From NCBI RefSeq assembly GCF_001194135.2, contig NC_068985.1, positions 20,416,368 through 20,449,830 on the forward strand: 33,463 nt of DNA, written 5' to 3'. The notes below the pieces were generated by a model that saw only the letters and a list, made by a program, of their open reading frames with translations, was not told the origin of the DNA and did not search any database. The stretch is from Octopus bimaculoides. Its lineage: Eukaryota. This document shows positions 22,863 through 33,463 of this stretch, piece by piece. The stretch's first letter is position 1; each line of letters begins with the position of its first letter. Position numbers and translations under genes: made by a program.

Positions 22863-24062
22863 ATACATACATACATACATACATACATGCATACATGCAT
22901 GCATGCATGCATACATACATATATACATACATGTTTTATCAAATCTTCTGTATGATGAATCAGAAGCTGTTAGTAACGAGACTAATTCGCTGAACATGTA
23001 GCAACTGTACTAACATGAGGTCTTTTCCAGAAGCTACTGGCTATTTTATGTAATACACATATAGTGATTCATAATTATGCATCATTATGACAAACTTTTA
23101 TTCATGTATCTATACATACATACGTACACAAAACAACTTGTTTGTGGTAACTCCAAGGTGCACTAGAAATTGGGTGCCAATCTCTAGTCTTATGACATAA
23201 ATCAGAAAAGGTATAAATGAATACCAGGATAAAACACCAGTCTATCTTTTGAAATGGTTTTTGAGAATGTTGTGTCTCTGTTTCCAACAGGTTGGTGAAT
23301 GGAAATATCTACAATTAAGTGTGCTCTTCAAATACACAATGGAACGCATGCATGAATTTTATATTCATATTCTTGTGTGCGGTGGTGGGGCGAACGTAGC
23401 ACAACTGAATGGTCAAAAAGTTTGTTACATTAAGGATACATGCATCTGTGAAATCTCAGCCTACTTATAAATACATGCTATTTGCACGTAGGTGTTTGAG
23501 TTGATCACCAACTGAATAATCATTTTTGAGACCATTGAAGATCTGCTTACTTACTTATGTATGTGAGTGTGCATATGCATATATATGTATATGCATTTAT
23601 CTCAGTACATGTTTGTGTGTATGTGTGTGTGTGTGTGTGCACATACATGTGTGCATGTGTGTATTCTTTAGGACAGCAAAAACTGGACAAGACAAAAGCT
23701 GAATAAAAGAAATGCTACAAGAAATGTATATAAAAACAATAGTGGATTAAATATCTAAAGCTCTGAAATGAGTTGTATTCAGTGCGATGACAAATTTTAG
23801 AACTTTTAACCTCATCTTTAAAAATATAACATCTTCTAGAATTTCCATCTAGATTATGCTTTGGTCAGTTTGAATTCTATCTTTGACATAGCAGATAAGA
23901 GTGTTATTACTTTCAGTTTAGTATTAAAGATTTTTACTTTCTGTTGAAGCTGGTACAAGTAACATATCCAGGAATACAACATCTGATGACAACCAGAGAT
24001 CTAACAAACTGAAAAATAGAGTAGATATAAATATAAGCAAAAATTTCCATCTCTAAAAATGA

Positions 24063-24364
24063 GGTCAACTAGTTGTTGGCACTCCGTCACTTACGACGTC
24101 AAGAGTTCCACTTGATCCGATCAACGGAACAGCCTGCTCGTGAAATTAACGTGCAAGTGGCTGAGCACTCCACAGACACGTGTACCCTTAACGTAGTTCT
24201 CGGGGATATTCAGCATGACACAGTGTGACAAGGCTGACCCTTTGAATTACAGGTACAACAGAAACAGGAAGTAAGAGTGAGAGAAAGTTGTGGTGGAAGA
24301 GTACAGCAGGGTTCGTCACTATCCCCTGCTGGAGCCTCATGGAGCTTTAGGTGTTTTTGCTCAA
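24063..24364 (-). mobile_element. SINE-like element family D (head lost)
   Basis: Minus strand starts TTGAGCAAAAACAC (like the TTGAGCAAGACGC domain of 27764-28095) and ends GACGGAGTGCCAACAAC. CpG-rich compared with the flanks. Confidence 0.6.
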
Positions 24365-24520
24365 GATCAGTCCCATTGTGTGGAATCTTGGACAAGTGCC
24401 ATCTACAATTGACTCAAGCCAGCCAAAGCCTTGTGAATGGATTGGGTTGATGGAAACTAAAAGAAGCCTCTCATATATGTATATATACGTGCATATGTGT
24501 GTGTGAGTTTGCGTCATCAC
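24365..24520 (+). mobile_element. SINE family A fragment
   Basis: TCAGTCCCATTGTGTGG...CTTGGACAAGTG...CAAAGCCTTGTGAATGGATT...GGAAACTAAAAGAAGCC. Confidence 0.75.
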
Positions 24521-24537
24521 ATATTTATTGTAAATGA

Positions 24538-24583
<46 letters not shown>

Positions 24584-24888
24584 GGATGGATGTATGGATG
24601 TATGTATGCATGTATGTAAGTGCCACTCACTTAATGTGGATGGCATTAGTGGAAGAGGTTGACCCAGAATTACTTGTGATAAGTGATATTCATGAAAATA
24701 CACTCATCTCAGTAAACCTGAGGTTCTGTAAGCACAGTACACATACATACATACAGACGTGTGTCTGTGTGTATTTGTGTGTGTGTATGTGTGTGTGTGT
24801 GTGTGTGTGCGCGCACGTGTGCATGTGTGTGCGTGTGTGTGTGCGTGCGAATGTACAACTGGGCCCATCACTAAATTTTCTCCTCAAG

Positions 24889-24923
24889 CCATCACCAACC
24901 ATCACCAACCATCACCAACCATC
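24889..24923. repeat. (CCATCACCAA)x3.5 minisatellite
   Basis: Seen directly. Confidence 0.9.
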
Positions 24924-25358
24924 TCTCAAACTACAGTATTCTGTTACAACAATTAAAAGTGAGCAGAATTGTATACCTTACCAAATTTTCTCTAATACCA
25001 CTTACCTTTCTCACTACCCAAAACCATTTTGCTTGGTATTGATCCCTCATTCTCAATACTGTCCCTCTTCATCCACATTTTACATTGATCACTCTTCGGT
25101 GACACTATATTATCTCTCCTCTACTGCCATACATCTCTCATTTTTCCTATGTACTATGCCTGCCTCTCGCCCTCACACTCTTGCAACCTACCCATATCTT
25201 TTTAACCTAATTTTTGAAAAAAAGGGTTACTTATACATGTTAAAAGATGGTAATATCCATAGTTTTAGCCTTGGCAGGCATGACCTACTTTGCCTTTACA
25301 GAGTCAAAAAAAAAAATGCTTTTCTACAATGCAGATATATAGATAGAAAAAGAAGTGA

Positions 25359-25498
25359 ATGTTTCACTGCCATGTAGCATAGCTTTTTGCACACAGGCAT
25401 CAGACAATCTGCCTTTTACTCTGAGAGAGAGGCCCTTTGTTGCCAGCAGAGGTAGGAGCTCTCTGAACTTTGCCCAGCCTAATCCTATTCTCACAGTG
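25359..25498 (-). mobile_element. Internal RTE RT fragment
   Basis: About 140 nt closely similar to 26647-26786 (encodes RLGWAKFRELLPLL...KGRL). Confidence 0.85.
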
Positions 25499-25832
25499 AG
25501 AATTTAAATTTCAGGTAAAGACTGTGTTTAGATGCAATATAAAAAATACTAGAAAATAAATGTCTTAAATATTTATTAATACAAAGAAAAAAATATACTT
25601 AGTAACGTAATGATATTAGATGAATGGAAACTGAAGCTGAGAGAAAATGTCATTGATGTTTTTTTTATCAAAGCAAAGAGCAGAAGATGCCTTAGAAATT
25701 GTAATTAGGACAAAGAGAATGAAAACTAACAGAAAAAATATATTGTAAATGTGACAAGCTACAGGGAATATTTTTTGTGATACCTATCATAAATACTTAC
25801 TTTGAAAAGCAATATTGGATCTTTAGATTAAT

Positions 25833-27075
25833 ATCATCGTCATTTAATATCCGTTGTTCATGCTAGCATGGGCGAACAGTTTGACTAGGGCTGGTAAGCT
25901 GGAAGGCTGCACCAGACTCCAGTCTGATCTGTCATGGTTTTCACGGCCGGATGTCCTTCTTAATGCCAACCACTCCAAGAGTGTAACGAGTGCTTTTATG
26001 TGCCACTGGCATGGGTACCATTTGCATGACACCAGTATCTGCCATGACTGAAATTTTACTTGGCCTGATAGGTCTTCTCAAGCATGACATAATGCCAAAG
26101 GTCTCAGTCATTGCTCCTGTGAGGCCCATCACTCAAAAGGAGCATTTCACATGTCACCAGCATCAGCCACTTTGCCTCTGTGAGACCCAACACTCAAAAG
26201 GTGGCTTTTATGTGCCACCAGTACAGGTGCCAGTTACGTGACACCAGCATCAGCCATGACTGCAATTTCACTTGGCTTTATGGGTCTTCTCAAGCGCAGC
26301 ATATTGCCAAAGGTCTTGATCACTAAGTCATTGCCTCTGTGAGGCCCAAAGCTCAAAGATCATGCTTTACCACCTCATCCCATGTCTTCTTGGGTCCATC
26401 TCTATCACATGTTCCCTCCACAGTTAGAAATTGACACTTCTTTACCAATGTCCTTCAGTATATGCACTACATGACCATACCATCACAGTCATCTCTCTTG
26501 CACACCACATCTGATACCTTTTATGCCTAACTTTTCTCTCAAGATGCTTATACTCTGTCAAACATGCACACTGACATTGCACATCCAGCGAAGCATACTG
26601 GCTTCGTTTCTTTCAAGCCTATGCATGTCCTTGGCTGCCATAGCCCATGTTTCACTGCCATGTAGCATAGCTGTTCACACACAGGCATCATACAATCTGC
26701 CTTTCACTCTGAGGAAGAGACCCTTTGCTACCAGCAGAGGTAGGAGCTCTCTGAACTTTGCCCAGCCTAATCTCATTCTCACAGCTATGCTCTTGGAGCA
26801 TCCATCTCCAATATGAACTTGGTCATTTAGATAATGGAAGCTATCTACTACCTCTAGCTTACCCACCTGGCAGTTAATGGAGTCTATTTCTGTATATTTT
26901 CAGTATTTATTGTACCTGTGCATCTTCCACACACAAAAGCTATTTTCCCTGTTAACATTCTTCTGATATTGCTACACCTCTTATGTGTTCAATTCTAGAC
27001 CTTTCTTCCATACCTGAAACTACTTCTCTAGTTCTGGTAGCGATTCAGCTATAAGAACATGGTCATCACAATTCC
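25833..27075 (-). mobile_element. Decayed 5'-truncated RTE-clade LINE with partial PHD finger
   Basis: Minus strand reads CDDHVLIAESLPELEK*FQVWKKGLE (YADD region), then a deletion, THKRCSNI...AFVCGRC, KLEVVDSFHYL...RLGWAKFRELLPLLVAKGLFLRVKGRLYDACV, MLHGSETWA, WYGHV, then the 3'UTR and a (GAT)-type tail at 25833. Confidence 0.9.
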
Positions 27076-27379
27076 AAAAGTTTAGTTAACCCACATTATT
27101 TTGCACATTTTTACCTGTTTTGTACATAGCTCATGTAAAATAGATTGACAGAAATCCAACTCAAGAAATTTTACACATTTTATGGGAAAACATTGATGAA
27201 TTAATTGAATATTTCCATACAACTTGGAAGTAAAGATGTCTCAGTTAACACATATGTAGTAAAGAAATGCAAGCACCTGCTCTCTCATTCATTGTAATGT
27301 ATTGTAATAACAGAACACATTGCAATACTATTGAAATGTGATTTTACTTTCATTTCATTAATAATTAATGAAAGCTAGA

Positions 27380-27640
27380 CAGGCACTGCTTAAGAGTCTT
27401 GTCAGTCCTCTCAGAGTTGGTGGAATTCGTTTTCAATAGGTTGATGTCTATATGACAAAGATGGGTTGAGAGGGATTTTGGAACTCTAGAAAGCAATGAC
27501 TCAGTCAGGTATGAGACTTGACACAAGAGGGTTGTTGAGATGAGGAGTGTGTACATCAAATCAGGTGGGCCTTGATGGAGAGGAAAAGCAGAGTATCATG
27601 TAGTATAGTGATAACAGAGAATGTAAAGATAAGAAATTGT
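27380..27640 (-). mobile_element. Possible very old CR1/L2-type LINE 3' end
   Basis: SRVPKSLSTHL...DINLLKTNSTN loosely resembles the PRT..WNSLP...FK..N C-terminus. Weak. Confidence 0.25.
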
Positions 27641-27763
27641 ATACTTGTCATTACATTAGTGAGTCTGTGATCAGAAAAATTATCTTGTTTTGGATATGGT
27701 CTAGAATGTCTGTGCATGTACCAGCAACACTATACCATATATATGTTAGTGGTACTTCAATGT

Positions 27764-28095
27764 GAAGGCACATGGCTCAGTGGTTAGAGTGTCGAGCTTC
27801 CGATCATAAGGTTGTAAGTTCATTTCCTGGACCAGGTTGCGTATTTTGTTTTTGAGCAAGACGCTTTATTTCACGTTGCTCCAGTTTACTCAGCTGTAGA
27901 AATGAGTTGCAACATCACTGGTGCCAAGCTGTATTGGCCTTTGCCTTTCCCTTGGATAACACTGGTGGCATGGAAAGGGGAGGCTGGTATGCATGGGTGA
28001 CTGCTAGTCTTCCATAAACAACCTTGCCTGGACTTGTGCCTCGGAGGGGAACTTTCTAGGTGCAATCCCATGGTCATTCATGACCAAAGGGTTTT
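27764..28095 (+). mobile_element. Full-length tRNA-derived SINE family C with 12-bp TSD
   Basis: A box TGGCTCAGTGG, B-box-like GTTCATTTCC. TSD GTACTTCAATGT at 27752-27763 and 28096-28107. Confidence 0.9.
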
Positions 28096-29341
28096 GTACT
28101 TCAATGTAGGTCACATGAGATTTGTAGAGGGAAGTAATGGGTTAGTGCTTCTGGACTAGAGTAACTAAAAGTCATTGTTCTTGATGTTTAGTGGAGAGAT
28201 TTTAGAGTTAAGTACTGTGCATTCTATGGAAGTGTAGTCACTACTTTTCATAAAAATGCTGGAATATGCTGGTAGAAGGGATTGTGGTTCAATTAAAATC
28301 CAGGATGTTGGTGCAGAAGGAAAATTACCCTGTGGATTGATTATCGTTTTGTTTGACTTATTTGAGGTTTTGACTATGAATATTTTGGTAAGAAGGATAA
28401 GATGAAACTCTCGCTGATAACTTACTACAAGCCATTATGGCAGAAGTCTTTGAGAGTAGCCTGATTGGAAGTCAGTGGACTCAGACCAGCCACTACTAAA
28501 AGTCCTATGTTTGATTAGGGAACCAATTACCACTGGGGAAAACAAAATGTAGGGTTGTGTCGACAGAAAACACCTCTGAAGTATTATCCACAAGTTAAGA
28601 TCCCCTTGTTGTCTGGCAGAAAAATCTGCTTCCACTGATACCTTCTCACAATTGGTGACCCTACATAAAGGAAAGTGTAGCTAGATGTTGCACTTCAAAA
28701 GGCAGTGTTTGAGGGTCTTTCTTTGTGCACTTTCAATTTTACTGAAAGCACCCATTGGTCAGGAAGGGTGTTAAATTGGGAAGGAAGCTTGTTCAGCAAT
28801 GAAATAAAACTGTAAAAAGCGATCTTATATTATGAAATAATGAATTTTTGATGTCTTTTTTCATTTTATCATTAATGGTGAGATGGAATAAGAAATAAAA
28901 TTTGACTCCAGGCTAATCTAAGATCTCTAATCTTCTTTAATTTGTGCCATGAAAGGATATACAATTCTTTCAAATTTTGAATAAGAAGCAGTTCTATGCT
29001 GTAAACATTACCAATATCACACACATAATACTGTGTGTTGTTAAACGCTTTTAGGTTGCAGTATTTTGTCCAGGAAAAGTCCCTTTAATGATGAATATGT
29101 TAACACACTATGCCTTTAAAGGGAGTTTCCTTGGTTGAGATATCACTGCTTAAAAGCATTTAACAACCAACACGCATAAATTAAGTATGTGACATCGATA
29201 ATATAATTCAATATACAATTAGATGGGAAGCAATGATTACTAGAGGCTACATACGCATGCCTATTAATTATATTTAATTACATATATGTATGTATTGATC
29301 CAAACATACATGCATACATACACACATACACAAATACATGC

Positions 29342-29812
29342 ATAAAGATAAAGATCAGTGACAAAGGAAATACCTACACTGAACTATTGAGAAATTTATA
29401 GTTATTCTACCCTGATTACCTGTACTTATTGAGGCACTGGGATATATAGCAAACTGCTTATGCACCAATCTTGAGAAATTAGGCTTCTCAAAACCAGAAA
29501 GGAGAAAGCTAATTTGAAAATTACTGATTCAAGCCATCAATGGAACTGTAAAGATTTGTGAAATTTGTAAAAGGAGTTTAACATTGAAGTATATATGTGT
29601 ATGTCTAAACATGCAACTATATGCATGAGAGTACATACATAAAGCAAAACATTCAAACCTGCACATGCACAGACTTCAAATACTGCAAACTTACACACAT
29701 ACATACACAAATAGCTTGTTGGTGTTCAAATTCAAATAAAGGAGCCTTGAATGTAGATTAGAAACCGAGTCTTTCTCTATTGGCGAGAAATCTTAAAATA
29801 AAAGTGAATAAT
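29342..29812 (+). mobile_element. Second copy of RLE family 2 (decayed)
   Basis: AAGATCAGTGACAAAGGAAATACCTACACTGAACTATTGAGAAAT matches about 22275-22320. The 3'UTR GGAGCCTTG...TTAGAAAC...TCTTTCTCT matches 22790-22830. Degenerate (ACAT)n on the 5' flank. Confidence 0.82.
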
Positions 29813-29820
29813 ATGCATCG

Positions 29821-31190
29821 ACCTTAGAGTCAACATAGCTAAAACCAAAATCCTAATAAGTAGGAAGGTAGATAAAACACAAACCCCTTCAGGTAGATGG
29901 CCCTGCTCAGTATGTAGAAAAGGAGTAGGTAGTAACTCTATAAGATGTACCCGGTGCAAGCTATGGACACATAAGAGGTGCAGCAACATCAAAGGCAGGT
30001 TAACTAGCAAGTTAGTTTTTGTTTGTGGCAGATGTTCAGGTGCAATAAAGACTGCAAACAAACAGGAAACAACTTCTATCTCATTCCAGGGTGAAAAACT
30101 AGAGGTAGTCGATAGCTTCCGCTATCTGGGCGACCAAGTTAGTAGTGGGGGTGGGTGCGCTGAAAGTGTAGCTGCTNNNNNNNNNNNNNNNNNNNNNNNN
30201 NNNNNNNNNNNNNNNNNNNNNNNNNNNNNNNNNNNNNNNNNNNNNNNNNNNNNNNNNNNNNNNNNNNNNNNNNNNNNNNNNNNNNNNNNNNNNNNNNNNN
30301 NNNNNNNNNNNNNNNNNNNNNNNNNNNNNNNNNNNNNNNNNNNNNNNNNNNNNNNNNNNNNNNNNNNNNNNNNNNNNNNNNNNNNNNNNNNNNNNNNNNN
30401 NNNNNNNNNNNNNNNNNNNNNNNNNNNNNNNNNNNNNNNNNNNNNNNNNNNNNNNNNNNNNNNNNNNNNNNNNNNNNNNNNNNNNNNNNNNNNNNNNNNN
30501 NNNNNNNNNNNNNNNNNNNNNNNNNNNNNNNNNNNNNNNNNNNNNNNNNNNNNNNNNNNNNNNNNNNNNNNNNNNNNNNNNNNNNNNNNNNNNNNNNNNN
30601 NNNNNNNNNNNNNNNNNNNNNNNNNNNNNNNNNNNNNNNNNNNNNNNNNNNNNNNNNNNNNNNNNNNNNNNNNNNNNNNNNNNNNNNNNNNNNNNNNNNN
30701 NNNNNNNNNNNNNNNNNNNNNNNNNNNNNNNNNNNNNNNNNNNNNNNNNNNNNNNNNNNNNNNNNNNNNNNNNNNNNNNNNNNNNNNNNNNNNNNNNNNN
30801 NNNNNNNNNNNNNNNNNNNNNNNNNNNNNNNNNNNNNNNNNNNNNNNNNNNNNNNNNNNNNNNNNNNNNNNNNNNNNNNNNNNNNNNNNNNNNNNNNNNN
30901 NNNNNNNNNNNNNNNNNNNNNNNNNNNNNNNNNNNNNNNNNNNNNNNNNNNNNNNNNNNNNNNNNNNNNNNNNNNNNNNNNNNNNNNNNNNNNNNNNNNN
31001 NNGACACGTAAAAGCACCCACTACACTCTCTGAGTGGTTGGTGTTAGGAAGGGCATCCAGCTGTAGAAACTCTGCCAAATCAGACTGGAGCCTGGTGTTG
31101 CCATCCGGTTTCACCAGTCCTCAGTCAAATCGTCCAACCCATGCTAGCATGGAAAGCGGACGTTAAACGATGATGATGATGATGATGATG
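29821..31190 (+). mobile_element. Young 5'-truncated RTE-clade LINE with a PHD finger inside the RT; N-gap 30177-31001
   Basis: Stop-free 118 codons, 29823-30176: LRVNIAKTK...WPCSVCRKGVGSNSIRCTRCKLWTHKRCSNIKGRLTSKLVFVCGRC...EKLEVVDSFRYLGDQVSSGGG. The 3'UTR and (GAT)n tail resume after the gap, and the gap size is close to the equivalent span in the 25833-27075 copy. Confidence 0.9.
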
Positions 31191-31284
31191 ATTTCTAAAC
31201 TACACATTTTAGCCTAAGTGGGTATTCTAACTACAAAACTACTTTGAATGATATTTATATTGATTACTCTAATTTTCCAAAATT

Positions 31285-31530
31285 CTAGCGTGGCCGTTGC
31301 CTGAAGCATGGCCACTGCCAGTACCGCCTGACTGGCCTTCGTGCCGGTGGCACGTAAAAGCGCCCACTACACTCTCAGAGTGGTTGGCGTTAGGAAGGGC
31401 ATCCAGCTGTAGAAACTCTGCCAAATCAGATTGGAGCCTGGTGTAGCCACCTGGTCCACCAGTCCTCAGTCAAATCGTCCAACCCATGCTAGCATGGAAA
31501 GCGGACATTAAACGATGATGATGATGATTT
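31285..31530 (+). mobile_element. RTE 3' end (young subfamily) with (GAT)n
   Basis: Matches 18749-19031 and 22383-22681. Confidence 0.9.
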
Positions 31531-31688
31531 TACTGTCAAAAAGTAAACATTATAATTGACAATCTAATGAAAGAACACAAAGGATTTTAAATATTTTAAA
31601 AGTATGAGTTAAAACTGTTAAAGTTGTTGATGCTGAGTCTTAAGCATCAAGTAGACTCATGAGCAAAGGCATTCTATTAATCTCTAAT

Positions 31689-31985
31689 TTCCATTTTCCA
31701 TGCTGGCATGGGTTGGACAGCTTGACAGAAACTGGTAAGGCCAGGGTCCACACCAGGTTCCGTAGCCTGCTTTAGCTTGGTTTCTACAGCTGGATGTTCT
31801 TCCACTTTACAGAGTGTACTGGGTGCCTTTTACGTGGCACAATCATCAGAGCTTTTCATGTGCCACCTTGGTTCTTCTAGGCTCTCAGTTCTGCTGTGGT
31901 GGCAGGTCTTCTTGAGTACAGCAATGTGCCACATGTCTCAGTCCTCAGTCATCTCCTTCATATAAGGCTTAGTGTTTTGAGATCA
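31689..31985 (-). mobile_element. Degenerate RTE 3' end (old subfamily)
   Basis: TTCCATGCTGGCATGGGTTGGAC, TTTCTACAGCTGGATG and GTGCCTTTTACGTGGCAC are the reverse complement of the tail. Confidence 0.78.
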
Positions 31986-32850
31986 GTATATTAAATGAAT
32001 AATAAGAACTGTTAACTGTTTTCTACCACACTTTTGGCCATCTTGAGGATGTTTTCTATCTTGATAGGTATCGTATTAGTATTGTATTTCATGTCATTAT
32101 GATTATCAAAATTGATGACTGACATGAGTGTGTCTGCTGAAAAATTCTTGGATAAAAGTGTTATTTTATTGGTAAATCTAAATTACTGCAATTCAAATAG
32201 GTCAAGCAAAATGTTACTATGAATTGAAAGTAGGGTGTATCCATACAATAAACAAAGAAAATCCTATGTAACACCAATGAAATCAATACTTACGAAAATG
32301 GATGAAAAAATTGTATGACGACGAATATGTATAAGTTTTTACTGGTTGAACCAACATACTTAACAATGGAAAAGTGGGTAATACAGCGCTGAGCTGACAT
32401 CATTATATCACAAGCTAATTACTCGTCAACTAATGTATTTGATGGCATTAAAGACAAATGGGTTTATTAGGTGCACAACAATTTGAGCAGTTTATATATG
32501 TAAGTAAAAAAGTTTATAGTGCTTACAGGAGGCCCAGTTTCATACATAAGACCTGGAGTGAATATTTTGAGAGGTCTTTTGGGAAAAAAAATGCATCTTA
32601 TATATGGTAATTTGCGACACTGTCCAGCACTTTTTGTTTAACCATAATATATTGCTGGTATTTATTTTATTGACTTGTAAGAAAAGAAAGACACAATAAG
32701 TTTTAAGACTTGCTCTCTGAAATTTGAAGCTTCGTAGTTAACATTATGCATTATACTGTCTTGCTTTCTAATCTGAATAAAATGCAACCCTTTTTAGTAA
32801 AGTTTATAACTTGGTTTCTTGTGTGTGTGTGTTGTGTGTGTGTATGCACA

Positions 32851-32968
32851 TGTATGGTCGATGTTTGCTTCCCAGTCACATGGGTTTGGGTTCAGTCTCA
32901 CCGTGTAGCGTCTTAGGCAAGTGTCAGTTACTCTGATTTTGTGCCAACCAAAGCCTTGTTAGTAAGTT
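32851..32968 (+). mobile_element. Degenerate SINE family A head
   Basis: GGGTTCAGTCTCAC...CTTAGGCAAGTGTC...CCAAAGCCTTGT. Confidence 0.65.
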
Positions 32969-32984
32969 AAAAGTTCCTGACTTT

Positions 32985-33166
32985 AAGGGTACTGTAAAAG
33001 ACCTGGTTGGTGGCCCAACCGCCCAAGTTCTTATACAAAGCTTAGAAAAACTGAAGGACCACTGCGATAAGTGCGAGAGGGGAATATGTTGAATAAAATC
33101 ATAATTACCTGATCCTCCTGTATTTTCTTTAACTCAATGCCAGGAACTTTTCAACACTCCCTCATA
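32985..33166 (+). mobile_element. Mariner-type transposon 3' end with TIR
   Basis: EKLKDHCDKC.../GEYVE* C-terminal signature. TIR GCCAGGAACTTTTCAACACTCCCTCA followed by TA. Confidence 0.7.
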
Positions 33167-33170
33167 TGTG

Positions 33171-33267
<97 letters not shown>
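33167..33267. repeat. (TG)n array
   Basis: Seen directly. Confidence 0.98.
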
Positions 33268-33269
<2 letters not shown>

Positions 33270-33419
33270 ATATGTGTAGAGAGTTTTTGAAGTGATGTAC
33301 AGATATTGTATATTGAGAATGATAAGGTAGTCAGAATGTTGGATGATTATATATATTTTTATTTACATTTTTAGCACGTTCTTGTTGGTCTCAATATATA
33401 TATGTATCATCATCATCAT

Positions 33420-33463
33420 CATGGAAAGCGGACGTTAAACGACGATGATGATGATGATGATGA
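33420..33463 (+). mobile_element. Minimal RTE 3' tip plus (GAT)n
   Basis: CATGGAAAGCGGACGTTAAAC is identical to the tail end of 18749-19031. Confidence 0.85.

Noticed and set aside
23291-23470. Strong acceptor TTTCCAACAG|G with downstream frame
   Set aside because: No convincing donor and no recognisable product.
24586-25377. 263-aa ORF
   Set aside because: Built from (TG)n, a 10-mer minisatellite and a pyrimidine-rich tract; no domain is recognisable.
27764-27830. tRNA gene
   Set aside because: A/B boxes are present, but it is the head of a TSD-bounded SINE and shows no intact cloverleaf.
28110-28800. Possible old LINE remnant
   Set aside because: Only vague motif resemblance by eye; cannot be supported without a profile search.
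5224-31114. Long ORFs of 200-500 aa containing X runs (e.g. 5224-6138, 8211-9020, 12233-13741, 30099-31114)
   Set aside because: They read through N gaps.
1-33463. CRISPR array or prokaryotic operon
   Set aside because: No regularly spaced repeat-spacer array and no dense gene organisation; the window is eukaryotic repeat DNA.

Overview
Repeat-saturated, AT-rich, gapped eukaryotic scaffold (7 N-runs). The SINE/LINE set and the (TA)/(CA)/(TACA)/(TAA)/(CAT) microsatellites look like an octopus genome, an inference from the repeats only. No host gene, RNA gene or CRISPR array can be supported. Most ORFs in the track are microsatellite or N read-throughs. The coding signal that is real comes from mobile elements. 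(1) An RTE-clade LINE whose reverse transcriptase carries an in-frame C4HC3 PHD finger between RT motifs 6 and 7. The intact frame is 29823-30176 (missed by the ORF track), and part of the finger recurs in a second copy at 25833-27075; there are also many 5'-truncated (GAT)n-tailed 3' ends. (2) Two restriction-like-endonuclease (RLE, R4/Dong-type) non-LTR families: one always sits in (TAA)n, the other is flanked by (TACA)n/(CATA)n. (3) A Penelope-like fragment, a decayed DD41D-type Tc1/mariner transposase, a mariner 3' end, a piggyBac-like MITE, a Helentron-associated HINE-like element and several tRNA-derived SINE families. (4) An unexplained ~540-bp foldback palindrome (15820-16358) and an unexplained ~540-bp TAA-flanked element (4608-5144). 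Two gaps look like false joins of overlapping contig ends.
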